A DNA stretch of 64,000 nucleotides from Fibrobacterota bacterium (GCA_016715065.1 JADKBN010000018.1:100280-164279); one strand, 5' to 3'; counted from the first letter of the stretch, positions 49,661 to 59,757 are shown. The notes: a model not told the origin generated them from the sequence alone. A program made the numbers and translations.

Positions 49661-52291
49661 TCAGAACTGGTATTCGTAGCCGAAGAAGAACGGCAGGATG
49701 GGGAACTGGTAGGTCTCCTCGCGCTTGGGAGGAGTGTCCTTGGTGTTGTAGTTGATCGCGTACACGTTTTCGCGGTCGGTGACGTTGATGATGGTGTAGT
49801 AGAAGCGCCACTTGCCGGTGCGTCCGAAGTCGAAGGGCGTCACGTCCAGGCGGAAGTATCCGGGGCGACGGTCTGCGTTGCGGGGATTGGCGATCACCTC
49901 GGTGTTGTTGTCGATGCCCGGGGTGGGCCATCCGCCCGCCACCTGCCCACCGTCCACGCCCTGCCCGGGTTCGTGGGTGCGGTCGTAGCCCTGGTAGTCG
50001 GTCATGGGCAGGCCCGAGTTGGCCGCCACCTGCACGCTGGAGCGGAAGAAGTCGGCCTTGGCCACCGTCCAGAAGGCGATCATGGGCGGGAACAGGCTGG
50101 TGAGGATCTTGGCCGCCAGGGGCACCTGCCTGCGCGATCCCGCCAGGGCCTCGTTCTTGCCGCGACCCACCCAGTTGAGTCCCACGGTGGACTTGAAGGT
50201 GTGGCGCTGGTCCCAGTCGGCCCAGTAGGGATCGAACTTCACGGTCTGGAGTTCGTTGACCAGATCGGGCCTTTGGAGGGCCGACCAGCCCACGGCGTAG
50301 CTGGCCGTGGCCGTCCACCAGCCGTCCTCCTTGGCCACCGAGGCCTCCGCCCCGGCGGCCCAGCCGTCCAGGCCCACGAACCGCTCGGCGAAGTAGTCGT
50401 TGCCGGTCGCGTCCTTGGCCTTGTCGTCCTGCTGGGTGGTGCTGGTCACCATCAGGGGCACGCCGTGGATGTCCTTGTAGTAGCCCTCCAGACCCACCCG
50501 CAGCCCCATGGACGTCAGATTCTGTCTCTCAAAGCCCAGCGAGGCCAGGTTCTGGGTGGTGGGGGTCATGGGATTCTTCGCGGCGTACCAGAATTCGGTG
50601 GGGATCTCCATGTCGGCGAAGCGGATGGAGGTCATGTACTGGGTGTAGTGCCCCCAGTGCAGGTCGGCCTTCCAATCGGGGGCGAAGCGCCAGGAGAAGC
50701 TCGCCCGGGGATCCAGGTAGATGTCGTGGACCAGGTCCATGTCGTTGTAGGCCCGCAACCCCACGCTCAAGGTCTTGGTGCTGTCCAGCGTCCATCGTTC
50801 CTGGAGCCAGGCCGAATGCAGGTCCGATTCCAGGTCGGAGGTGTTGGTGACCATGGCCACCGGGATGTCCTGGGTGAACAGCACCCCGAAGCGGTTGTAT
50901 TCGTAGCCGGCCGTGATGCGATGGAAGGGATTGGGGCTGTACTGCAGCTCGCCGCGGCCCGTCCAGGTCTCGATCTCGTTTTTCATCTCGAAGATGTCGG
51001 TGAAGGAGAAGACCTGGTCGTAGCGGGAATAGGCCCCGGTTCCGGTCAACAACCAGTCGCTGCCCAGACGCTTGCGCACGTTCACGGGGATCGCCCGGTT
51101 GCCCCAATCCAGCTTGAACGGTCCCAGGTCCAGCTTGTCGCGACCGTCGTAGGCGGACACCCTCACCGTGTCGCCGTCGCGCCCCCAGGCGGCAGAACCT
51201 TGCCAGTCCCAGAAGTCGTAGTCCAGCGCGAAGGTGGTGAGATCCAGGTCGCGGGCGGCTTCCAGGGCCGACCCGATCCAGGTGCGGCGCCCACCCAAGG
51301 CCCACGAAGCCTCGCCCTGGCGACCGTCGGTGGCCAGGCTCCCGGAAAGGGTGGTGAGGCGGAGCGACCCCTGCATCTTCGCCTTGGGGAGGCTGTCGGA
51401 ATCCGTCCGCGTCACGAATCCTTCCGTGGCGCGCAGGCCTTTGTCGGCCCAGCGGCGCAAGGTGCGGGTGGAATCCAACGTGGAATCGAAGTCGGAGGCA
51501 CCCACCTTGGAGCTCACCAGAAGCACGCTGGAGAGTCGGTTGCCGTACTTGGGATCGAACCCGCCCTTGTAGAAATCCAGCCCCCCCGTGGCGTCGGCCA
51601 AAAAGGTGCTGAACAGGCCACCGAAGTGCGCCGGGCTGTACACCGGGGCGTTGTCGAACAAGATCAGGTTCTGGTCGGAGCTGGACCCGCGCACGTAGAG
51701 CTTGGTGGAGAAGTCCGACGACTGCACTACACCCGGCAGAGCCTGCACGGCGCGGATCACGTCAGGTTCGGCCAGGCCCGGCAGGCGCTTGATGGTCTGG
51801 ACCGTGACGCGCTCCTGGCCCAGAACGCGGGGCGGGCGACGCTTGCCGCGCACCGTCACGGTATTGCCCGCCGACGACCTCACCACCTTGGCGCTGGAGG
51901 GCGCTTGCAAGGCGGTGGAATCGAAGCGCGTGGTGTCCACGATGGTGCGGATGGTGTCGCGGGTCTCCACCACCGAATCGATCTTCACTTCCAGCGGCGC
52001 GATGTCCAGGGTGTCGAATCCCTGCGGCCGGATGGGGGTGCAGAGCTTCTGGCCACCCGCCAGAAGGCAAAGCTCGTAGCTGCCGGTGGCGCGCCGGAGG
52101 CTGTCGGTCTGGACACTGGCCAGGAATTTGCCGGTGGAATCCATCCGTGCTTCCACGCCCTCCAGCGTGACTTGGGTTCCCACCGGCGCGGAAGAACGCA
52201 CCACCAGAGGGAAGGTTCTGGGCTCCAGGGCGGCTTGGGCCCCCAGGGACCCCACGATCGAACAAACAAGGAACAGGGCGATTCGACGCAT
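49661..52291 (-). CDS. TonB-dependent outer-membrane receptor with N-terminal carboxypeptidase-regulatory-like domain (SusC-like architecture), module 1
   Basis: Signal MRRIALFLVCSIVGSLGAQA. Plug region. C-terminal FFFGYEYQF. About 875 aa. Confidence 0.8.
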   Translation of the reverse strand: MRRIALFLVCSIVGSLGAQAALEPRTFPLVVRSSAPVGTQVTLEGVEARMDSTGKFLASVQTDSLRRATGSYELCLLAGGQKLCTPIRPQGFDTLDIAPLEVKIDSVVETRDTIRTIVDTTRFDSTALQAPSSAKVVRSSAGNTVTVRGKRRPPRVLGQERVTVQTIKRLPGLAEPDVIRAVQALPGVVQSSDFSTKLYVRGSSSDQNLILFDNAPVYSPAHFGGLFSTFLADATGGLDFYKGGFDPKYGNRLSSVLLVSSKVGASDFDSTLDSTRTLRRWADKGLRATEGFVTRTDSDSLPKAKMQGSLRLTTLSGSLATDGRQGEASWALGGRRTWIGSALEAARDLDLTTFALDYDFWDWQGSAAWGRDGDTVRVSAYDGRDKLDLGPFKLDWGNRAIPVNVRKRLGSDWLLTGTGAYSRYDQVFSFTDIFEMKNEIETWTGRGELQYSPNPFHRITAGYEYNRFGVLFTQDIPVAMVTNTSDLESDLHSAWLQERWTLDSTKTLSVGLRAYNDMDLVHDIYLDPRASFSWRFAPDWKADLHWGHYTQYMTSIRFADMEIPTEFWYAAKNPMTPTTQNLASLGFERQNLTSMGLRVGLEGYYKDIHGVPLMVTSTTQQDDKAKDATGNDYFAERFVGLDGWAAGAEASVAKEDGWWTATASYAVGWSALQRPDLVNELQTVKFDPYWADWDQRHTFKSTVGLNWVGRGKNEALAGSRRQVPLAAKILTSLFPPMIAFWTVAKADFFRSSVQVAANSGLPMTDYQGYDRTHEPGQGVDGGQVAGGWPTPGIDNNTEVIANPRNADRRPGYFRLDVTPFDFGRTGKWRFYYTIINVTDRENVYAINYNTKDTPPKREETYQFPILPFFFGYEYQF

Positions 52292-52395
52292 CGGTGTCTC
52301 CGCGGTGGTGTTGTCTACCCTCAATAGGACACCAACGAAACCCCAATCTGTCACCCGGTCACCATAAATTTCCGTAAAGTCGCCCGTGCGATCTC

Positions 52396-52523
52396 CGTTC
52401 GTCCTGAGGAGCGAGGCCATGCCTCGCGTCTCGAAGGGCAAGGGTTGGCGCATTCGACCAATCGTCTTGGCGAGTCTGCGCCGTCCGCCCTTCGAGACGC
52501 CTACGGCTCCTCAGGACGAACGG
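52396..52523. mobile_element. palindromic MITE/REP-like element, copy D (between tonB-2 stop and receptor-1 start)
   Basis: CCGTTCGTCCTGAGGAGCGAGGCCATGCCTCGCGTCTCGAAGGGCAA...CGCCCTTCGAGACGCCTACGGCTCCTCAGGACGAACGG. Confidence 0.7.
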
Positions 52524-52550
52524 CATCAGATCCACTTGAATTCAATCCCG

Positions 52551-53309
52551 TTATCCGTCCAATCGGAACCGGTATTGTTTTTTGAAACTGCACGGCACCG
52601 CGCGGCCCAGTTCCACCAAGGGTTTGAATTTGGTGGCACGGATCGCCGCCTGGACGGACTTGTCGAAATCCGTCCCTCCGCTGCGCAGGATCTTGATGTC
52701 CGAGACCTTTCCCTGGTCATCCAGCGTGATCAGCACGTCCACCACCGCTTCCACGCCTTGGTCTTCCGCCCATTGCGGGTATTCGGGCTGGACCGCCTGG
52801 CTCACCTGCACATCGAAGTTCGATTGCACGGGAGCGGTGGGCAGCGGCGGTGGCGCCTTCTTCACGGTGGTGTCTGCCTTGACCATCAAGCTGTTGCCCG
52901 TGGCCACCGCGAATCCACCGTTGGCGGAGGTTCCATCCGCCGGAATGCCAAATTGTGGCGGCGGCGGGTCCGGCGTGGGCGGCGGCGGCTTCTGGTCCGG
53001 GTCCGGAGGCGTCTTGACCGGAGGCGGGATTTCCTTGGGCGGCGGCGGTGGTGGAGGCAATGCGGGCGGAGGCGGTGGAGGTGGCTCTTCCTTGACGTCA
53101 ATAAACGTCACCATGTCGTCCAAGGGCACCACATCGCGCAAGGTGACCGCCAAGCCGAAGATCGCTCCCCAGAAGGCGAGAAACACCCCGACCGCGATCC
53201 ATTCCTTGCGCCCAAGTCCAGGTCGAGGAGTGGCTGGCACCCGCAGGCTGGGGGGCACCGGACCCATCGCCCCTTTCCGGCGAACCCGGCGAAGCGACGA
53301 GCCGTTCAC
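52551..53309 (-). CDS. tonB: energy transducer TonB (module 2)
   Basis: Paralogue of the tonB at 46264 with the same architecture and a longer Pro-rich spacer. ATGA overlap with exbD. Confidence 0.8.
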   Translation of the reverse strand: MNGSSLRRVRRKGAMGPVPPSLRVPATPRPGLGRKEWIAVGVFLAFWGAIFGLAVTLRDVVPLDDMVTFIDVKEEPPPPPPPALPPPPPPPKEIPPPVKTPPDPDQKPPPPTPDPPPPQFGIPADGTSANGGFAVATGNSLMVKADTTVKKAPPPLPTAPVQSNFDVQVSQAVQPEYPQWAEDQGVEAVVDVLITLDDQGKVSDIKILRSGGTDFDKSVQAAIRATKFKPLVELGRAVPCSFKKQYRFRLDG

Positions 53310-53710
53310 GGACGGACCACCTTCAAGGCGTACTTGGTGACGCCCGCCCCGCGCACCAGATCGATGGCTCCCACCACCGACTGGTACTTGAGTTCGCGGT
53401 CGGCTCCGATCAGCACCTGGTGATCGGGATTGTCGCGCACCGCCTGGGCCAGGAATGCCGAGATGGAAAGCGAATCGGAGGCCTGGCCGTCCAGGTAGAG
53501 GTTCCCGTCCTTGTCCAGTACCAGTCCGGAGGCCTTGGGCGCTTGCGATCCGGCGTTGGCCGCCTTGGGGATCTGCACCATGATCTCGCGTTGATCGATC
53601 ACGGAACTGGTGATCATGAAGATGATCAACAGCACCAGGAAGATGTCCACCAGCGGCGTGATGTTGATCGACGAGATCATCTCGTCGTCGGCTGCGGTCG
53701 ATCCGGCCAT
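53306..53710 (-). CDS. exbD: ExbD/TolR (module 2)
   Basis: Read by eye, it matches the module-1 ExbD at most of its 134 positions. Confidence 0.85.
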   Translation of the reverse strand: MAGSTAADDEMISSINITPLVDIFLVLLIIFMITSSVIDQREIMVQIPKAANAGSQAPKASGLVLDKDGNLYLDGQASDSLSISAFLAQAVRDNPDHQVLIGADRELKYQSVVGAIDLVRGAGVTKYALKVVRP

Positions 53711-53711
53711 G

Positions 53712-54362
53712 TCAGGACTCCTTGGCGGCGGCGTTCAGGCTGCGGGCCACCACCAGACCGCGCACCTCGCGGGAGCGGTCCAACAGGATCTTGATGCGGT
53801 TTTTCAGGATGTTGAAGGCCACCACGGCCGGAATGGCGATGATCAAGCCCAACGCCGTGGCCACCAGGGCGCGTGCGATGGCGACCATCACCTCGGTGGA
53901 CCCCTTGCCGCCGGCCTGCGCGAACTTGTTGAAGGCGATCAGGATACCGAGGACAGTTCCTGTCAACCCGAGGAACGGGGCGTTGGCGCCCACCGTGCCC
54001 AGAAACGACACGCCCGTTTCCAGATGGCGACGCTCGGCCGACTCCTGCACTTCGTAGACCTTCTCCAGCGCTTCCGGCGAGAGCCCGATGTTTTCCTTGC
54101 CCAGCTTCACCACGCGGCCCGGCAGGGTGCGCTCGTCTTCGATGGTCACCTGCAGATGGTCCAGATTCGCACCCTTGTCCAGATCCTTGGAAAGCAAGGC
54201 GCGCCATTTGTCGGCATCGCCGGAGGCCGCCGAGATGGCGTTCCAGCGCCACACGAACAGCACCAGCCCGGCCATGCCGAGACCGCCCAGCAGAACGTAC
54301 AGGGCGATTTCGATGGTGAACAGCACCGGGGCGAGGGTTTGGATCAGGCTGGTGGGATTCAT
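53712..54362 (-). CDS. exbB: ExbB/TolQ/MotA (module 2)
   Basis: MNPTSLIQTLAPVLFTIEIALYVLL... Nearly identical to module 1. Confidence 0.85.
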   Translation of the reverse strand: MNPTSLIQTLAPVLFTIEIALYVLLGGLGMAGLVLFVWRWNAISAASGDADKWRALLSKDLDKGANLDHLQVTIEDERTLPGRVVKLGKENIGLSPEALEKVYEVQESAERRHLETGVSFLGTVGANAPFLGLTGTVLGILIAFNKFAQAGGKGSTEVMVAIARALVATALGLIIAIPAVVAFNILKNRIKILLDRSREVRGLVVARSLNAAAKES

Positions 54363-54410
54363 GCGATGGTTTCTCCTATGGTCGGGTTGTTGTTGCGGTA
54401 ATGGAAAGGC

Positions 54411-55739
54411 TCAGGAGCGAGGGCCGTCGCCGCCGCTTCCGACAGGCGCAGCCTTGTACTTGGTGCCGGCGCAAAAGGACGTGTCGAAATCGTCGCCGTC
54501 CTTGATGTGGTTGTCCCAGGCGATCCGGCAGGCCGCCGCGCGCAGGGCCGGAATGGACAACGTGTCCTTGGTGGGCGACTTCACGTAGAGCATCACGCTG
54601 TCGGCCAAGGCGCCGGCGAAATACCCGCTGCCTCCGCGGACATTGGTGTAAGGGATCGTGGTGCGGTCTCCGCCTGCAATGGCGGTCATGGCGCGGTTGT
54701 ATGAAACGTAGTTGGGATCCACCGAGTAGTAGACCATCCAGTTCGGGCCCGTGTAATCCAAGGCGAGATTCGAGATCAATCCGATTTCCGGCCAGCGGTA
54801 GATCAGGCTCTCGTAGCTCCCGTAGGGCCCGAACCCGTATCGCGAGTTTCCTGCTTGGAACCTACGGGCGGAGTCCTGGGTGGTCGACTTCTCGTTGCCA
54901 CGGGCCGCGCGCATCGTCTGGGAGATGGGGTTGTCGATCCGCGCCCGGGTTGGATCGAACCGCTGTACACCGAAGGCTCCTCCGAACCCGGCGCCATGTT
55001 CGAATTCCACCACGAATTCGCGGAAAGCCAATCCGACATTCTCTCCGGCAAGGCTCGTCACTCGGGGAAACAGCGTGGGAATGTACCACACCGTGTCGCC
55101 AGAGGCGATCTTGCGGAAGGTCGGCAGCCCCCTCGACAAACTGTCCAGCGTGGCAACGGTCAGTTTGTAACGCGCCACCACTCCTGGAATCGCGGAATCC
55201 GCCGTTTTGAGTACGCTGGTATCCACCAGCACCCCGGCCCCCAGCGCCAAGAAGGAGACCATCGCTTCCACCGGTGCCTGGATGCTGTCGGAAACCGACC
55301 AAGCCACAGGCACCGTGGTGGTCGCCGAAAGTTCGGTCAGACGCATGTTGGTGGCGGAAGGCCAGTTCTGCGAGGCGTTCCAACGCACGCGGGCCCGCAG
55401 GGTGTAGGTGGCCCCGGCGGCAACGGGGTGTGCACGGGCGGGAAGCCAGGCCACGGCGCTTCCCGGTGCGGGAAGGTAGCTGACAGAATCCGACGGATTC
55501 CCGTCGCGGGTCACGACGATGGAGGCTTCGTCCACGAACTTCGTGGTGGAGTCGTACTTCCCGGTCAGTGGCGTGGTGCGCTCCAGCCATAGGGTATCGA
55601 AGTTCCTGCCCCCGATGGAAAACAGCGAAACGAAAAGGACCGGATCGCGGTCGACCTCGTCGGAGGGCATGAGGTTCCAGGGGCCGTTGCAGGAGGCGAA
55701 CGCCAGGAGGGAAGCGAAAGCGAAATGTTTGATCTTCAT
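54411..55739 (-). CDS. lipoprotein (DUF4249-like), module 2
   Basis: Lipobox MKIKHFAFASLLAFASC. Paralogue of the lipoprotein at 48324. Confidence 0.55.
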   Translation of the reverse strand: MKIKHFAFASLLAFASCNGPWNLMPSDEVDRDPVLFVSLFSIGGRNFDTLWLERTTPLTGKYDSTTKFVDEASIVVTRDGNPSDSVSYLPAPGSAVAWLPARAHPVAAGATYTLRARVRWNASQNWPSATNMRLTELSATTTVPVAWSVSDSIQAPVEAMVSFLALGAGVLVDTSVLKTADSAIPGVVARYKLTVATLDSLSRGLPTFRKIASGDTVWYIPTLFPRVTSLAGENVGLAFREFVVEFEHGAGFGGAFGVQRFDPTRARIDNPISQTMRAARGNEKSTTQDSARRFQAGNSRYGFGPYGSYESLIYRWPEIGLISNLALDYTGPNWMVYYSVDPNYVSYNRAMTAIAGGDRTTIPYTNVRGGSGYFAGALADSVMLYVKSPTKDTLSIPALRAAACRIAWDNHIKDGDDFDTSFCAGTKYKAAPVGSGGDGPRS

Positions 55740-55760
55740 CGGAGGGGTTCCTTTGCCGGC

Positions 55761-58418
55761 TCAGAACTGGTATTCGTAGCCGAAGAAGAACGGCAAGATG
55801 GGAAACTGGTAGGTCTCCTCGCGCTTGGGCGGATTCTTCTGGGTGTCGTAGTTGATCGAGTAGACGTTCTCGCGATCGGTGAGATTGATGATCGTGTAGT
55901 AGAATCGCCACTTCCCGGTGCGCCCGAAGTCGAAGGGGGTCACGTCCAGTCGGAAGTAGCCAGGACGCCGATCCACGTTTCGGGGATTGGCGATGGTGGC
56001 CGTGTTTTCCTGCAATCCCATGGTGGGGCCGCCCGCCCCTTGACTTCCGTCCACCCCCTGCATCGGCTCGTGGACGCGGTTGTAGCCCTTGTAGTCGGTC
56101 ATGGGCAGCCCCGAATTGGCCGCCACCTGGATGCTGGAACGGAAGTAGTCGGACTTGTCCAGGGTCCAGAATGCGATCATGGGCGGGAAGAAGCTAGTGA
56201 GGATCTTGGCCACCAGCGGCACCTGCTTTCGCGTTCCCACCAAGGCCTCGTTTTTGCCGCGTCCCACCCAGTTCAAGCCGCCGGTGAGCTTGAAGGTGTT
56301 GCGCTGGTCCCAATCGGCCCAGTAGGGCTCGAAGGCGGTGTTGACCAGCGCGTCGGAATAGTCGCGACGCCGCAGCGCCGACCAGCCCGCCGCATAGCTG
56401 ACGGATCCTGTCCACCAGCCGTCATCCTTGGACAGCGCCGCTTCCAGGCCCATGGCCCAACCGTCGAGCTTCTGGAAGCTCTCGGCGAACAGATCGTTTC
56501 CCGACGCCTGGATGGACGAATCCCTGGCTTGGGAGACGGAATTTGCCAGCAGCGGCACGGCGTAGATGTCCTTGTAATACCCCTCCAACGAGGCGCGCAA
56601 TCCCAACGGGCCCCAGTTCTGGCGCTCCACGCCCAACGAGGTCAGCCACTGGGTGGTGGGCTCCATCGGGTTTTGCGCCGCGTACCAGAACTCGGTGGGG
56701 ATCTCCATGTCGGCAAACCGGATGGAGGTCATGTACTGGGTGTAGTGGCCAAAGTGCGCATCCGCCTTCCAGTCCGGAGCGAAGCGCCAGGTGAACCCGA
56801 TGCGCGGATCCCAGGAGAGGTCGTTCACCAGATCCATGTCGTTGTTCACCCGCAATCCCACCGACACGGATTTTGTCGTGTCCAATATCACGCGATCCTG
56901 CAGATACACGGCGTGCAGATCCGATTCGGTCTTCGATTCGAAGCTGATGCTGGCCACCGGGATGTCCTGTCGGAACACAACATCGAAACGATTGAATTCG
57001 TATCCGGCCGTCAACCGGTGCTCCGGGACCGGGGTCCACTGCAGCTCGCCGCGCCCCGTGTAGGATTCGATCTGGTTGGCGAACGTGAAGATGTCCGAAA
57101 AGCCCACCACCTGGTCGTATTTGGAATAGGCGCCGGTGCCGGAAACCACCCAGTCGCTGCCCAGGCGCTTGCGCACGTTCACCGGGATGGCCCGATTGCC
57201 CCAGTCGGCCCCGATCAATCCCAGCCCCAGCTTGTCGCGGCCGTCGTAGGCGGAGATCCGCACCGTGTCGCCCGCGCGCCCCCAGGCTGCGGAAGCTTGC
57301 CAGTCCCAGAAGTCGTAATCCAAGGCAAGCGTGGTCCAATCCAGGTCCCGGGCCGCTTCCAATGCAGTTCCGATCCAGGTGCTGCGCGCCCCGCCCGACC
57401 ACGAGACCTCGTTTTGCCGTCCGTCGGTGGCGATGCTTCCGGAGAAGGTGGTGAGCCGCAGCGACCCCTGCATCCTGGCCTTGGAAATGCTGTCGGAATT
57501 TGTCCTGGTGACGAATCCTTCCGTCGCGCGCAGGCCCTTGTCGGCCCAGCGGCGCAAGGTGCGGGTGGAGTCCAACGTGGAATCGTAGTCGGAGGCGCCC
57601 ACCTTGGAGCTCACCAGAAGCACGCTGGAGAGGCGGTTTCCGAACTTGGGATCGAAGCCGCCCTTGTAGAAGTCCAGTCCTCCCGTCGCGTCGGCCAGAA
57701 ACGTGCTGAACAGACCGCCGAAGTGCGCCGGGCTGTACACGGCGGCGTTGTCGAACAGGATCAGGTTCTGGTCGGAGCTGGAGCCGCGCACATAAAGCTT
57801 TGTGGAAAAGTCCGACGATTGCACCACACCCGGCAAGGCCTGCACGGCGCGGATCACGTCGGGTTCGGCCAGGCCGGGAAGCCGCTTGATGCTCTGCACC
57901 GTCACGCGCTCCTGCCCCAGCACGCGCGGAGGCCTGCGCTTGCCACGCACGGTCACGGTGTTTCCCGCCGACGACTTCACCACCTTGGCGTTGGTGGGGG
58001 CTTGCATGGCCGCGGTATCGAACCGGGTGGTGTCCACGATGGTGCGGATGGTGTCGCGGGTCTCCACCACCGAATCGATCTTCACCTCCAAGGGCGCGAT
58101 GTCCAGGGTATCGAATCCCTGGGGCCGGATGGGGGTGCAGAGCTTCTGGCCGCTCACCAAAAGGCACAGCTCGAAGCTGCCCGTGGCCCGGCGTAAACTG
58201 TCGGTCTGGAGGCTGGCCAGGAACTTGCCGGTGGAATCCATCGCGGCGGGGATGCCATCCAGGGTGATTTGGCTGCCGACCGGGGCGGAAGACCTCACCA
58301 CCACAGGGACGCTCTTCGGGGTCGTGCTGGTGGTTGCCATTGCGGAATCCACACTCGCGGCAAAGACCTCCGCGCCTGCGCAGGCAAGCAACATCAGGCA
58401 GAATATCGTTCGGTTCAT
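55761..58418 (-). CDS. TonB-dependent receptor (SusC-like architecture), module 2
   Basis: Signal MNRTIFCLMLLACAGAEVFA. Same C-terminal FFFGYEYQF. Diverged paralogue of receptor 1. Confidence 0.8.
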   Translation of the reverse strand: MNRTIFCLMLLACAGAEVFAASVDSAMATTSTTPKSVPVVVRSSAPVGSQITLDGIPAAMDSTGKFLASLQTDSLRRATGSFELCLLVSGQKLCTPIRPQGFDTLDIAPLEVKIDSVVETRDTIRTIVDTTRFDTAAMQAPTNAKVVKSSAGNTVTVRGKRRPPRVLGQERVTVQSIKRLPGLAEPDVIRAVQALPGVVQSSDFSTKLYVRGSSSDQNLILFDNAAVYSPAHFGGLFSTFLADATGGLDFYKGGFDPKFGNRLSSVLLVSSKVGASDYDSTLDSTRTLRRWADKGLRATEGFVTRTNSDSISKARMQGSLRLTTFSGSIATDGRQNEVSWSGGARSTWIGTALEAARDLDWTTLALDYDFWDWQASAAWGRAGDTVRISAYDGRDKLGLGLIGADWGNRAIPVNVRKRLGSDWVVSGTGAYSKYDQVVGFSDIFTFANQIESYTGRGELQWTPVPEHRLTAGYEFNRFDVVFRQDIPVASISFESKTESDLHAVYLQDRVILDTTKSVSVGLRVNNDMDLVNDLSWDPRIGFTWRFAPDWKADAHFGHYTQYMTSIRFADMEIPTEFWYAAQNPMEPTTQWLTSLGVERQNWGPLGLRASLEGYYKDIYAVPLLANSVSQARDSSIQASGNDLFAESFQKLDGWAMGLEAALSKDDGWWTGSVSYAAGWSALRRRDYSDALVNTAFEPYWADWDQRNTFKLTGGLNWVGRGKNEALVGTRKQVPLVAKILTSFFPPMIAFWTLDKSDYFRSSIQVAANSGLPMTDYKGYNRVHEPMQGVDGSQGAGGPTMGLQENTATIANPRNVDRRPGYFRLDVTPFDFGRTGKWRFYYTIINLTDRENVYSINYDTQKNPPKREETYQFPILPFFFGYEYQF

Positions 58419-58543
58419 CGAGTGCACCCGGCGAATGGTATGTGTTTCCATGTTCTCCACACGAATAGAAATCTTGCGCGGGAGCGACTCGGAAATCCTG
58501 CAACGCAGGTTGCTGGAAAAAGTAGGTTGAACCCAATACCAAC

Positions 58544-59419
58544 ATGAGCAACGAACTGGTTCATTTCCTGCGTGGCGATTCCACGCGCCTGGACGGCAGG
58601 CTGGTGGCGATCGCCAAGGTCACCAGCCCGCTCACGCACGACCACCCCGGCAAGGGCATGGTCCATCGCGGTCTTCTGTCCGTGCAAGGAAACTACCGCG
58701 ACCAGCACACCATGGCGGAATTCTTCCGGATCGAATTCGGGCTTTCCATGGAAAGCGGCATCGAAGAAATCATCGAGCAGGCCCGCCAAAACGGAGGCAT
58801 CGAAGGGGCGCTGGATCCCGAGCAGGTCCGCGAGCGGCTGCGCAACATGGGCGACTCCCAGTACCTGCCCATCCCCGCCAAGGTCATCCGCGTGCCCAGC
58901 CTGGAGGCTGCCTCCGCCATGGACGGCGACGTGGTCTACCTGGGCGAGTTCGGCGATTTCCAGTTCGCCCACATGGCGGTCAACGCATTTCCCATCCTGT
59001 ACCAGTCGCGGTACCGGGAACAGGAACGCGGCGCCATCGCGCTGCAGATCGAGACCATGCTCGAGTTGTTGTCGCCACCTTCCGAGCCTGGCGAGCCGGC
59101 GGCACCCACCCTGGAAACCTTCCAGGGCAACATCGAAGACCACCTCTTGCGCACGATCCTCCCGGATCTGCTTTATGCCGCCGAGGGAAGCTCGGATGCC
59201 GAGGCCGCCCTGAACCGATTCCAAGCCTTCATGTCGCCGCATCTGTATCCTGGTGATGTGCAACGGATGCTGGAACTCGTGCCCCAGGTGCGCCACGGCG
59301 ACCACGAGGCCCTCAAACTGCTGGACCTGTTGGTGCGCAAGGTGGCCGCCATCCAGCGGGAAGACTGGAAGACCCTGGAAACCCTGCGACGGGAGCTGGG
59401 CGAGTCCGGAACCCCCTGA
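58544..59419 (+). CDS. hypothetical protein
   Basis: 291-aa intact ORF with coding-like composition. Divergent from receptor 2. No recognisable motif. Confidence 0.4.
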   Translation: MSNELVHFLRGDSTRLDGRLVAIAKVTSPLTHDHPGKGMVHRGLLSVQGNYRDQHTMAEFFRIEFGLSMESGIEEIIEQARQNGGIEGALDPEQVRERLRNMGDSQYLPIPAKVIRVPSLEAASAMDGDVVYLGEFGDFQFAHMAVNAFPILYQSRYREQERGAIALQIETMLELLSPPSEPGEPAAPTLETFQGNIEDHLLRTILPDLLYAAEGSSDAEAALNRFQAFMSPHLYPGDVQRMLELVPQVRHGDHEALKLLDLLVRKVAAIQREDWKTLETLRRELGESGTP

Positions 59420-59432
59420 ACGCCAAGGCAAG

Positions 59433-59557
59433 CCGTTCGTCCTGAGGAAGGGCGCAGCCCTGTCTCGAAGGGCGGCGGCGACGCGATGGACCCAACATCT
59501 TGTGGATTTGTCGCCACTGCTCGCCCTTCGAGACGCTACGCTCCTCAGGACGAACGG
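59433..59557. mobile_element. palindromic MITE/REP-like element, copy E
   Basis: CCGTTCGTCCTGAGGAAGGGCGCAGCCCTGTCTCGAAGGGCGG...TCGCCCTTCGAGACGCTACGCTCCTCAGGACGAACGG. Confidence 0.7.
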
Positions 59558-59651
59558 TGGCTTGGTGCCATCTGGAGACCTTTCCCGAACCCCTCGGGCG
59601 GGAGCGGGGATGCCGGGCGATGGACTGCCTCCGACATTCCCCAAACACGAA

Positions 59652-59673
59652 GGGCCGCTCCGAGGAGCGGCCC
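59652..59673 (-). terminator. hairpin after the tRNA-Pro 3' end (possible terminator)
   Basis: GGGCCGCTC-CGAG-GAGCGGCCC stem-loop. On the minus strand it is followed by TTCGTGTTTGG, a weak T tract. Confidence 0.4.
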
Positions 59674-59684
59674 TTGTGCATGGA

Positions 59685-59757
<73 letters not shown>

